This document shows positions 1 to 8,573 of a stretch of DNA of 64,000 nucleotides, one piece after another. Position 1 is the stretch's first letter. The number at the start of each line of letters is the position of its first letter. The notes below the pieces were generated by a model. It was not told the DNA's origin. It saw nothing but the letters and a program-made list of their open reading frames with translations, and made no database searches. The translations under genes were made by a program, and so were the position numbers. The stretch lies in the IMG/VR virus record IMGVR_UViG_3300043775_002247; one strand, given 5' to 3'. This DNA is from an uncultured virus (IMG/VR IMGVR_UViG_3300043775_002247). Its lineage: Duplodnaviria; Heunggongvirae; Uroviricota; Caudoviricetes.

Positions 1-896
1 TCACCTTTGAATGGATTACAAGATGCTTGAACTAACCCTAACGGCCAAGCAATAACAATAAAATCAGCTTCAGGGTTGTTTTTAAATGGCGTATATCTAT
101 CATAAGAACCCGGTTTAAACATTGACCCACCACCATATTGAACAATAACGTTATCCATTACTTTAACATTTGGGTTGGTCTGCATTGACTTAACGTAATC
201 CTCTTTGTTCTTTTCAAGTTCCTCCGGTTTTGCATAACCTTTTTCAACCATTATTCTTTTAATGGTGTTAAGGATATTCAACAATGATGGTGAACATTCC
301 ATAACCAATGTTTCTAAAAACCCTGGCTTGTTTTTAAATGCTAATAATAATTTGTTAACAACTAACCCCATTAACATTTTATTTTTCTCCAATGATTTGT
401 CCTTATCTAATTTAAATAAATAAGAAATAACTTGGTCAACCGTAATATTGTTTACCGCATAATTTGCAGAATCTACTGTTGATATCAATAAAATATCTGA
501 AGATGGAAATAATTCCTTTGGTGAAACAACCTGTGAGATGGTTTCAACATTGGAACGAGATTGTCTAAAAGAAGTTGATTTTGTATCTTCAGCACCAGCT
601 TGTCTATCATGGTGGTCAGTATGGATAACAAACATTGGTTTTCCGTGAGCAAAATCAACCAAGACCGGCATCACATCACCTTTAGCATCATTCTTCTTTA
701 CAGCAAATTCTTTATCACCATATTGAATGACGTGAGCACCCACAACTTTAATACCATTGTTTTCAAGATATTCTCTCATAGCAATAGCCGTAGTTACACC
801 ATCTAAATCTTGGTGAAAATATATTTCCGCTTTGGGATATCGTTTTGCAAGAGCATTAATATCTCTTATCCCACTTTCTTTTATAAGTTTTTTCAT
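1..896 (-). CDS. DHH-family phosphoesterase (runs off the window edge; absent from the ORF track)
   Basis: ATG at 896 opens MKKLIKESGIRDI..., with motifs YFHQDLDGVTTA, VLVDFAH, HTDHHD and ISTVDS, and a later YGGG; the frame is open to position 1. Confidence 0.8.
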   Translation of the reverse strand, partial: MKKLIKESGIRDINALAKRYPKAEIYFHQDLDGVTTAIAMREYLENNGIKVVGAHVIQYGDKEFAVKKNDAKGDVMPVLVDFAHGKPMFVIHTDHHDRQAGAEDTKSTSFRQSRSNVETISQVVSPKELFPSSDILLISTVDSANYAVNNITVDQVISYLFKLDKDKSLEKNKMLMGLVVNKLLLAFKNKPGFLETLVMECSPSLLNILNTIKRIMVEKGYAKPEELEKNKEDYVKSMQTNPNVKVMDNVIVQYGGGSMFKPGSYDRYTPFKNNPEADFIVIAWPLGLVQASCNPFKG

Positions 897-897
897 A

Positions 898-1251
898 TTA
901 CATTGAAGGCATCATCACAATCGCAATTACATCACCACTTTTCAACCCTTTACTTACCGAGCAACCTTTATTGATTCTAATAAGGTCATCAACATCAGTA
1001 ACACCAGGATGTTTTGAAGCGATATCACTTAACGTATCACCTGATTTAACTTTATATAATTTAACATTATAACCATAAGCCGATTGAAGTCGTTTTGGGT
1101 CACCAAAACAATATTTACCACCTGTTTCAGGTTTAATTTTTTCCATTTGAGTATCAACCGCCTTTTGTTGGTTCATTTGCTCACTAACTAAACCATATTT
1201 AGAAAGGATATCATCTTTTTCTTCTTCAGTAATAATAAATCTTTTTGTCAT
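898..1251 (-). CDS. LysM-domain protein
   Basis: C-terminal YKVKSGDTLSDIA...LIRIN...LKSGDVI matches the LysM pattern. Confidence 0.85.
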   Translation of the reverse strand: MTKRFIITEEEKDDILSKYGLVSEQMNQQKAVDTQMEKIKPETGGKYCFGDPKRLQSAYGYNVKLYKVKSGDTLSDIASKHPGVTDVDDLIRINKGCSVSKGLKSGDVIAIVMMPSM

Positions 1252-1328
1252 AATAAATATTTATATATAAATATAACACAAAATATTTAAACACTTCTCT
1301 TTATATTAACTTCAATTATTTTTGTAAT

Positions 1329-1952
1329 ATGAGTACATTAAATTCAAACATTCCTAGCTTTAAAGCGTTAGTAAGAAAATATCATTTTACCAAAAATGAA
1401 GAAGATAAAAATGTTTTCATTAACATATATTGTTTTGGAATTCAATCAGTATCAGGAGTAATATTAACTTTTCACGTAATGACCGATGATGGTATGGTTA
1501 GAAGTAGAGTACCAATATCCGAAATATACGTAAAAGAACCTACCAATGATATTCCGTTTAATTATAAACAACTTTGGGATTGTTTTTCAGAAAACGTATC
1601 GATAATTGAATACGACTTTTTAGCATATCATAGAGCCGAAATAGTGTTAAGAGACGGAACTAAAGTGTGGGGAACATATATGTTTACTGTAGATTGGTTT
1701 AATAACCCATATAGTGATGAACCATCCGATTATAAATGTGGTCACATATTTAGTGGTGATGATGGATATCTTTTATGTCAACCAAACAATAGAATCTTTT
1801 GGAAAGATAGTAATTGGGTAACAAAAAAATTACCTGACAATTTAAAACAATTTAAAGTTGATACTGACCTTCCATCAGTTGAAAATCAATCAGACCGATG
1901 GGTTAGTGAAGATACTAATTCATTCTATTACGACATAAAAAAAGAGGATTAA
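1329..1952 (+). CDS. hypothetical phage protein
   Basis: 207 aa ORF with ATG start and typical composition; no family recognised. Confidence 0.7.
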   Translation: MSTLNSNIPSFKALVRKYHFTKNEEDKNVFINIYCFGIQSVSGVILTFHVMTDDGMVRSRVPISEIYVKEPTNDIPFNYKQLWDCFSENVSIIEYDFLAYHRAEIVLRDGTKVWGTYMFTVDWFNNPYSDEPSDYKCGHIFSGDDGYLLCQPNNRIFWKDSNWVTKKLPDNLKQFKVDTDLPSVENQSDRWVSEDTNSFYYDIKKED

Positions 1953-2812
1953 ACCTCCTCTTCTTTTAACTCTAATTTTGTTTGTCTTCTCTCATCAATT
2001 AATGCTTGAACTCTTTTTCTAGCAATCTCCGTATAATCCGGTGATAACTCGATTCCCAACCATCTTCGGTCCAATAGTTCCGCCGCGAACGCTGAAGTTC
2101 CACTACCCATAAAAGGGTCGAGTACAATATCATTCTTGTAAGTTAATATCTTAATCGCCTTTGATGGAATATCCATTGAGAATGTCGCCTTTGTTAATGA
2201 TTTGGTATCAGCGAAGTATTCCCATCTTCCAAATACTAAATTCATAAACTCTTTCTTATCCTCATCCTGATAAACCACTTTATTTTTAGTTGTTCCGTCC
2301 GGTTGCTCAACATCCGTTGGAACACCTTTCCATTGTGATTCACCTTTGGTCAGTTTCTTATTAGTTTTTTTGTAAGCCAATATTATACACTCCTTTGGGT
2401 TGTAAATATAAGGACAACTAGCACTCATCCAACTACCCCAAGCAGTTTGTCTAACTCTATGCGGGGAATCTTCAGTTAAATCTACCATCCCAAAGAATTT
2501 GAATCCAACTTCTTTCATCATTATCCAAAATTCAGCGTTGAATAATATTCTTCCCCCTCTTTCTTGAACGTTTAATTCTATAGGAACATTGATTGCAACT
2601 CTACCATCGTCTTTCAATATTCTTAATGATTCAGATAACCATTGTCGGGTAAAATCCCAATACTCGTCCATTGAACGCCCATCATCGTAAACATCATACG
2701 ACACGTTGACATTGTATGGTGGTGAGGTTACTAGTAAATCAATACATCCATCCGGAAGTGATTTCATTACCTCAACACAATCTCCATTTATAATCTTACC
2801 CGTTTCTATCAT
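1949..2812 (-). CDS. DNA methyltransferase, N4-C/N6-A beta class
   Basis: TSPPY catalytic motif precedes the VLDPFMGSGT SAM-binding motif; GIELSPDY; likely start MIETG at 2812. Confidence 0.93.
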   Translation of the reverse strand: MIETGKIINGDCVEVMKSLPDGCIDLLVTSPPYNVNVSYDVYDDGRSMDEYWDFTRQWLSESLRILKDDGRVAINVPIELNVQERGGRILFNAEFWIMMKEVGFKFFGMVDLTEDSPHRVRQTAWGSWMSASCPYIYNPKECIILAYKKTNKKLTKGESQWKGVPTDVEQPDGTTKNKVVYQDEDKKEFMNLVFGRWEYFADTKSLTKATFSMDIPSKAIKILTYKNDIVLDPFMGSGTSAFAAELLDRRWLGIELSPDYTEIARKRVQALIDERRQTKLELKEEEV

Positions 2813-3368
2813 CTTCTTCTCTTTCTTTTTTTGCTTCAAGATATGAATTATATAAACTATCTCTTAATGAATATAGTTCATCATACGTTTTTTCATGATA
2901 CTCGTCGTCATTCATCATTTCATCAAAATCAACTTCTTCATCGTAATCTTCAATATCATCATAATCATATCCGTAAACAAACGCACCGATAGGTGAAAAT
3001 CCTTCATCTTCGTATGTACCATAAGCTACAATATCTTTATCCATCCGATTTAAAACCTCAACCACTTTTTGAATATATTCCGTAGGAACACTCCAAGCAC
3101 TTTCGATTATCACATCAACTTCAGGTGTGTATCCATCATCACCAAATTCAACGGTAATCCACTTTGAACCAATGTTTTGTTCCATCCATTCTCGGTCCAT
3201 AACATTATCCGGTTCACTAAATTTCTCATCAAATAATTTATTAAAATGATTTACTAATTCTACATAAGAACTATTGTCATTTTCAGTTTTAAATAAATCA
3301 CTAAATTTTAAAAACGTTTCTTCGTTAAGATTAACAATCTTAACATATGTTGTCATTACATTTGCCAT
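2796..3368 (-). CDS. acidic hypothetical protein
   Basis: 190 aa, D/E-rich C-terminus, overlaps the methyltransferase start. Confidence 0.7.
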   Translation of the reverse strand: MANVMTTYVKIVNLNEETFLKFSDLFKTENDNSSYVELVNHFNKLFDEKFSEPDNVMDREWMEQNIGSKWITVEFGDDGYTPEVDVIIESAWSVPTEYIQKVVEVLNRMDKDIVAYGTYEDEGFSPIGAFVYGYDYDDIEDYDEEVDFDEMMNDDEYHEKTYDELYSLRDSLYNSYLEAKKEREEDDRNG

Positions 3369-3369
3369 A

Positions 3370-3681
3370 TTACTCTTTCAGTTGGTATTCCCAACCATCT
3401 TCTTTTTTTATTGGTTTTATTTCTAAATCTAAAAATACTGCGTTTTGTTCACCCGCGTGTAATCCTAATATATTATAATCGTAAAACTCTTCTGCCTCAC
3501 CATAAGTCATTAGGTCTCTCTCTTGTAGTATATTTAATATTCCTTGTTTGGAATATAACATCTTTCTTCCCGGAGAACCGAAGTCCTCAACTATCCCAAC
3601 GATAGCACCTTCTAATCCATCCAATAGAACCGCACCTTCCGCGTATTCATCAATATCAACCGTTACTCTCAAGACGTTCAA
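3370..3681 (-). CDS. hypothetical phage protein
   Basis: ORF within the operon; motif LDGLEGAIVG...EAEEFYDYNILG; start codon uncertain. Confidence 0.7.
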   Translation of the reverse strand: MNVLRVTVDIDEYAEGAVLLDGLEGAIVGIVEDFGSPGRKMLYSKQGILNILQERDLMTYGEAEEFYDYNILGLHAGEQNAVFLDLEIKPIKKEDGWEYQLKE

Positions 3682-3886
3682 TTTTACGATTCAAATACCA
3701 TAATGCTTTTTTCATATCCTGAAGTTCTTTATCTGTATCTTTCTTACCTGCTCTTGCAACATATTTTACAACATTGAATATGTAAGCATCTTTATCAAGA
3801 CCCCAAGCCTCACACACTTTTACAACCTCATACGGATTGTCTTGACCCCCGTAATGTTCCGGGTGGTTTACCATTTCTTTACTCAT
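3656..3886 (-). CDS. DUF3310 (SaV-like) phage protein
   Basis: VNHPEHY...NVVKYVARAGKK...QDMKKALWYL pattern. Confidence 0.88.
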   Translation of the reverse strand: MSKEMVNHPEHYGGQDNPYEVVKVCEAWGLDKDAYIFNVVKYVARAGKKDTDKELQDMKKALWYLNRKIERLESNG

Positions 3887-4104
3887 AATTTTACTATATA
3901 ATATTTTCCTAACTTAATACTTTTTACATACCCATTTCTAACTGAGAATAAAGGTTTTGTTGTAACATTAACTCCAATCCCATTATTAAACCTAATAGAC
4001 CATCCGGATGGTGACGTACTATATAAAATTGAGTACTTAAAAAACTTAATCACGGTCTGACTACAACGATAACCAATGTTATATGTTTTTTTAGACAGCC
4101 ACAT
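3883..4104 (-). CDS. small hypothetical protein
   Basis: 73 aa, overlaps both neighbours in the operon. Confidence 0.5.
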   Translation of the reverse strand: MWLSKKTYNIGYRCSQTVIKFFKYSILYSTSPSGWSIRFNNGIGVNVTTKPLFSVRNGYVKSIKLGKYYIVKL

Positions 4105-4273
4105 AATATCCTTGACTTAATTTACTTTCCTTAATATAACCTTCAGATATTAAAATATCTAATTGTTTTTTTGTTTCATCAATATCTTTTTTAATAATAT
4201 ACCTTGAAATATAACTAATGTGGATTGGTTGTCTTAACTTATCCATTAACGATTTAATCTGTCTTTTGTCCAT
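4091..4273 (-). CDS. small protein, possible winged helix
   Basis: 60 aa; HISYIS...ETKKQLDILISEGYIKES pattern. Confidence 0.5.
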   Translation of the reverse strand: MDKRQIKSLMDKLRQPIHISYISRYIIKKDIDETKKQLDILISEGYIKESKLSQGYYVAV

Positions 4274-5040
4274 TATGATAATAATTTTCTTGTAATTTTA
4301 ACGCTTTGATTAATATATGATAATACTTTTCTTTTAAAGATTGGTACAAGTGTTTGTTCTAATGGAAACACATCACTACAAAATACTTCAAAAATTGGAT
4401 AATCAACTTCATTGTTTTTTTCATAGGTTTTAGAAAATGTAGAGATAATTTCTGGGATTGTCAAACTATCCTGTTGTCCTTTGAAAATTAATTTTAGAGA
4501 GGTTTTTGTTTGTCCTTTGGTCTTATACACTTTTCTTGTAGTGTATTGCCAAATGTATAAATTATCGGGTTGCTTGTAATAAAAAAATCCGGATTTACTT
4601 TGTAGATTGTTTTTGTTTTTTTTCACAACAACCTCTATAGAGTCATAAACAATACTCCATATTGATTTTGCAAAATTGAAATAGTCGTGTAGTTGTGGTT
4701 GACTATTTTTTAATATTTTATGATATTCAATTACTTCCTCATCATCTAAAATGGGGATGTCTTTAACCTTCAAATCGGATAACACTAGTTCATCGTCATT
4801 GGATGTTAATTTTCTATCTACGTATAAGATTTTGTTTTGTGTGAGTAAGGTCTGTATATTACCCAAATGTAGTGAAAGTTCAATAAACATCGGGTAGACC
4901 TCCATTCTCTCAAGATGTTTATTCATCTTTTGAAAGTAGTCCAATAAAACATACTGTTTTTGTTCGGCGTCGAGAATACCGTCAAATAACCAATCGGTAT
5001 CCATTATAAATCTATTTTTATTTTTCTGTTTCATTTCCAT
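4273..5040 (-). CDS. hypothetical protein
   Basis: About 255 aa ORF coupled to the downstream gene (TAATG overlap); start uncertain. Confidence 0.7.
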   Translation of the reverse strand: MEMKQKNKNRFIMDTDWLFDGILDAEQKQYVLLDYFQKMNKHLERMEVYPMFIELSLHLGNIQTLLTQNKILYVDRKLTSNDDELVLSDLKVKDIPILDDEEVIEYHKILKNSQPQLHDYFNFAKSIWSIVYDSIEVVVKKNKNNLQSKSGFFYYKQPDNLYIWQYTTRKVYKTKGQTKTSLKLIFKGQQDSLTIPEIISTFSKTYEKNNEVDYPIFEVFCSDVFPLEQTLVPIFKRKVLSYINQSVKITRKLLS

Positions 5041-5088
5041 ATTCAATTATTTAAAATATACAGGAAAAGATTGGAAAAAGGAATAGTT

Positions 5089-6453
5089 TTAGTTAGTTCT
5101 CATAATATAATAGGTTACCCCATTAACTTCTTCACTATCATATTGACCGTCATAACTATTCATAACACCCCAACCATCAGAGTCAACTAACCCTTGAGCT
5201 AAAGCGTCTTCATCTACATATTCCTTAAAGTCTAAACCATAGTTTTTAAGATAATCTAATGGGTCTCTTCTTACGTCTCTAACTAAACTCTGAACCATAT
5301 TATCAATCATATCTTCACTTGGTTCAGTGTCAGGTTCAATATCATCTAATTCTTCTTGGAGAACCTGAATTTGATTATCTAAATCTTCTTCGTAGTCATA
5401 ATAATTCTCATCATCTGAGTCTAATTCAAGTTTTTGTTGTTCTAAATCTTCTATTTGTGACTCAATCTGTTCTATTCTTTCTTCTTGTTCCGAAGTCAAT
5501 TCATAATCGTCATCACTAAAATAACTATCAGGATAATCTCTAACTTGATATTCATAATCATCTTCAGCCATACTTACAATTGCATCAACATCCAAATAAT
5601 CTTCAATAAATGATTCACTAAATCCATCAGCACCCACATCATCAACGTAATTTTTAGCATATTGTAACGCCGCATCATCCATCTCTTCTTCAGTTCCAAC
5701 AGTATATTCATTATTTTTGAAACCAGGTATTAAAACCTCAAATTGTTGTAAACCATAATGAGTATATCTTGGTTGTGGATACATCATATAGACATCCACA
5801 TTATTCTCTTCTAATTCATCAATTTCTGATTGTGTTTCATCAATAGCATCTTGCAACTCATAGGCTCTCTCATCATTATCATCAAGGTCATTATATTCTT
5901 CTTCCAAATCTTGGAGTTTACGTTGCAAGATTGTTAATTTTTCTTTGTCTTCATCTGATAATGGTTCAATCTCCCCATTATTAATTAAATTATCAAATAA
6001 TGCACGAGCCTTTTCTCCGGTTTCATCACCTTTTTCTAAAGCCCATTCATCATTCTCACGAAGAGATTCTTGTATAGTAAGTTTAGCATTTAATTCCTCT
6101 TTATCTCTAAATCGTTCACGAGGACTATTAGAATCAGAAACCCAACTTTTAACTTTAGTGCCTGTTATATTAGAAACATTAGTATATGAGATATTTAAAC
6201 TTCCATCAACATATCCAACATTCCCTAAACTATCTGTTGGGGTACTAGATAGATTTAAATCTCCGGTTATCCATAATGGTTTACCTTGAAACTTTTTCAT
6301 TTTAGTTATCGCTTTCCCGTGATAACTACCTAAAGACATTAATTGTATATATTCTTCAGGTGATATCTTATAATAATCACCCTCAACTTGTTCCTTGATT
6401 TGTTTTACAATCTGATGTAAATCTTTATTCGTTAAAACTATTTTATTACCCAT
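5089..6453 (-). CDS. highly acidic protein with a short LRR-like segment and duplicated acidic coiled coils
   Basis: Likely start MGNKIV at 6453; ITGDLNLSST/VDGSLNISYT repeats; two similar D/E-rich helical blocks. Confidence 0.7.
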   Translation of the reverse strand: MGNKIVLTNKDLHQIVKQIKEQVEGDYYKISPEEYIQLMSLGSYHGKAITKMKKFQGKPLWITGDLNLSSTPTDSLGNVGYVDGSLNISYTNVSNITGTKVKSWVSDSNSPRERFRDKEELNAKLTIQESLRENDEWALEKGDETGEKARALFDNLINNGEIEPLSDEDKEKLTILQRKLQDLEEEYNDLDDNDERAYELQDAIDETQSEIDELEENNVDVYMMYPQPRYTHYGLQQFEVLIPGFKNNEYTVGTEEEMDDAALQYAKNYVDDVGADGFSESFIEDYLDVDAIVSMAEDDYEYQVRDYPDSYFSDDDYELTSEQEERIEQIESQIEDLEQQKLELDSDDENYYDYEEDLDNQIQVLQEELDDIEPDTEPSEDMIDNMVQSLVRDVRRDPLDYLKNYGLDFKEYVDEDALAQGLVDSDGWGVMNSYDGQYDSEEVNGVTYYIMRTN

Positions 6454-6468
6454 ATTAATAAATATACA

Positions 6469-6476
6469 CAAAGATA
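6469..6476 (-). promoter_or_regulatory. Bacteroidota-type -7 promoter box
   Basis: TATCTTTG (TAnnTTTG) on the minus strand, upstream of the ATG at 6453. Confidence 0.55.
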
Positions 6477-6544
6477 TAAAATATATTTACATATTATCAT
6501 TATATATGATATTTATGGTTATAAACGTTTAAATAAAAATAATC

Positions 6545-6703
6545 ATGGGTTGCGGATGTAAAAACAAAGCACAACAAACACAAACGACACAACAATCAAG
6601 TCAATCTCAAACTCTACAGCAGGTTCAGGCTCAAGCTCCAAAAACTCAGCCAATACAAGAATCTATTCGTAAAGTTGTTGAGAGATATTACACTAAAAAA
6701 TAA
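6545..6703 (+). CDS. small 52 aa protein MGCGCK...(Q-rich) (absent from the ORF track)
   Basis: ATG 6545 to TAA 6703; TATTTAT at 6510-6516 upstream and a terminator downstream. Confidence 0.7.
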   Translation: MGCGCKNKAQQTQTTQQSSQSQTLQQVQAQAPKTQPIQESIRKVVERYYTKK

Positions 6704-6717
6704 TATTTTGTGTTTAA

Positions 6718-6750
6718 AAAAATAAAGGGACTTTTTGTCCCTTTTTTATT
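6718..6750. terminator. intrinsic terminator
   Basis: aaagggac-ttttt-gtcccttt hairpin flanked by A and T tracts. Confidence 0.8.
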
Positions 6751-6795
6751 TATAATTAAATTTAATTTGTATATCCTTTCATATAATTTAAAAAT

Positions 6796-7617
6796 ATGAA
6801 ATACGTAAATGAAAATTCAAACAAAGGGATTGTAAACCTGTTCGCGGACTTTTTAGTAAAAGAGATAAACAAAACCAATCAATACGATGTTGTTATTGAA
6901 GTTACCGATTGTGGTAAATTTTTCATAGTCAATGGATTAACCAATTCAGATAAAATATTGGATATGGTAATTGTTAAAGAGGAATTCTATAAAGAATATC
7001 AACCTTTAATGGAACAATTTGGATATAAAATTTTAAATATTATCGATGTTATTATATATGACACTGAATTATCCAAAAAACCCGAATATATTTTTGATTT
7101 CCATAATTCTTCACGACCAATATATCATTCATCTATAATGAACGATTTAATTGATAATCCCCAACCTAAATTCAATTCAATATCGTATAATAACAATAGA
7201 TTAGAATACGAATTAGATTATTCTGAAGATGATACCTCTAATTTAAATTATTACACATACTCACCATTAAATATTTCATCGGAGTTTCCACACGGATATA
7301 GTTTAAGTATGGGTAGACAAGAGTTATACTATTCAGAATACATCTGTAATCAATTATTTAATGTACTACTAACAGACAAGTTAACTTTTAAATATTCTTC
7401 TGTTAAAGTGGATGAGGATAATCAAATTGACATTGTTAGTAATTCAATACATCCAAAAAAAGATATAATATCAATGGTGTTAGACGTGTTTGATTTTGAT
7501 ATGTTGATGTTTAACGATAAGATTAAGAATTATGATATTATTGAAGACACTACTTTGCCATTCGATAAAAAACCTTGGCTAACCAGAGATAAAATTAAAG
7601 ACCTTATACTATTTTAA
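6796..7617 (+). CDS. degenerate S-adenosylmethionine synthetase (MetK)-like protein
   Basis: N- and C-terminal segments align by eye to MetK domains ([30 protein letters not shown]; terminal PW), but the GHPDK and GGGAFSGKD motifs are absent. Confidence 0.5.
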   Translation: [273 protein letters not shown]

Positions 7618-7650
7618 AAAGAAAATCCCCAATTAAGGGGATTTTTTTTA
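7616..7650. terminator. bidirectional intrinsic terminator
   Basis: aaaatcccc-aattaa-ggggatttt between convergent genes. Confidence 0.82.
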
Positions 7651-7932
7651 TTTTTTAAAATGTTCTTTAATTATTTCAACACCTTCATCAATTTCATCAA
7701 AATCTCTTTCAGGTGCGTATAAATAACTTTTAGGTGATTCATCCGGAGATTCCACAATCATAAAAGCTGGGACAAATTCGTTTTCAGTTACTTCGACAAA
7801 CATATCATATTCATCTTTATGTTCATCAATATCTCTTATAACAAATCCAATATCATTTTTAATAAGTTGTTCCTTCATCATATCACAATAAGGACAACCT
7901 TTCATAGTGAAAAGAATTAATAACTTATCCAT
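7648..7932 (-). CDS. glutaredoxin-like protein
   Basis: FTMKGCPYC motif and EFVPAF cis-Pro loop. Confidence 0.88.
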   Translation of the reverse strand: MDKLLILFTMKGCPYCDMMKEQLIKNDIGFVIRDIDEHKDEYDMFVEVTENEFVPAFMIVESPDESPKSYLYAPERDFDEIDEGVEIIKEHFKK

Positions 7933-8248
7933 TGATTAGGTTAGTCACTAATTGTTTAATTTGACTTTCCATTTGCATTCCCGGTTGAGAATAAACTTCT
8001 TTACCATCTGAAAATGATTTAACCGTAGGAATTGCTCTAATACCTAATGAAGCAGCAAACTCTTTATTTTCTTCAACATTTAAGGTGAACAATTGAACTT
8101 CAGAGTTTTCGTTTCTAAATTCTTCAGAAACTTTTTCAAAAGCCGGTTTCATAACTTTACAAGGTCCACACCATGGAGCCCAAAAGTCAACCACTAATTT
8201 TTCACCATTGTTAATTTTTTCTTGTAATAATTCTTGTGTAATTTCCAT
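7925..8248 (-). CDS. trxA: thioredoxin
   Basis: DFWAPWCGPCK and GIRAIPT motifs. Confidence 0.95.
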   Translation of the reverse strand: MEITQELLQEKINNGEKLVVDFWAPWCGPCKVMKPAFEKVSEEFRNENSEVQLFTLNVEENKEFAASLGIRAIPTVKSFSDGKEVYSQPGMQMESQIKQLVTNLING

Positions 8249-8251
8249 TTT

Positions 8252-8572
8252 TTAATCTTTTTTTGTTAATCTTTTTAATTGTAGTAATATAAAATCTACC
8301 ACGTTTTGTTTATCCACCTTTGTTAAAATAAATATCTTGGTATGGGACTTTCGGAGTATTAAAATACCACTAGAGTCATATTCATATAATCTGTCCATAG
8401 GAACAATCTTATATTCGTCATTCACAAAATTTTCAAACCATAACAAATGAGCTTTACTTAAAAACTTATCGGTATCTTCACTAGACATTGTAGGGTATAA
8501 TTCTACAATACTAGGATGTGCTCCAAACCTTTCCTTGAAGGTATCAATACAATGTTGTGGTATTTCTTTCAT
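8252..8572 (-). CDS. hypothetical protein
   Basis: 106 aa ORF within the operon. Confidence 0.65.
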   Translation of the reverse strand: MKEIPQHCIDTFKERFGAHPSIVELYPTMSSEDTDKFLSKAHLLWFENFVNDEYKIVPMDRLYEYDSSGILILRKSHTKIFILTKVDKQNVVDFILLQLKRLTKKD

Positions 8573-8573
8573 A

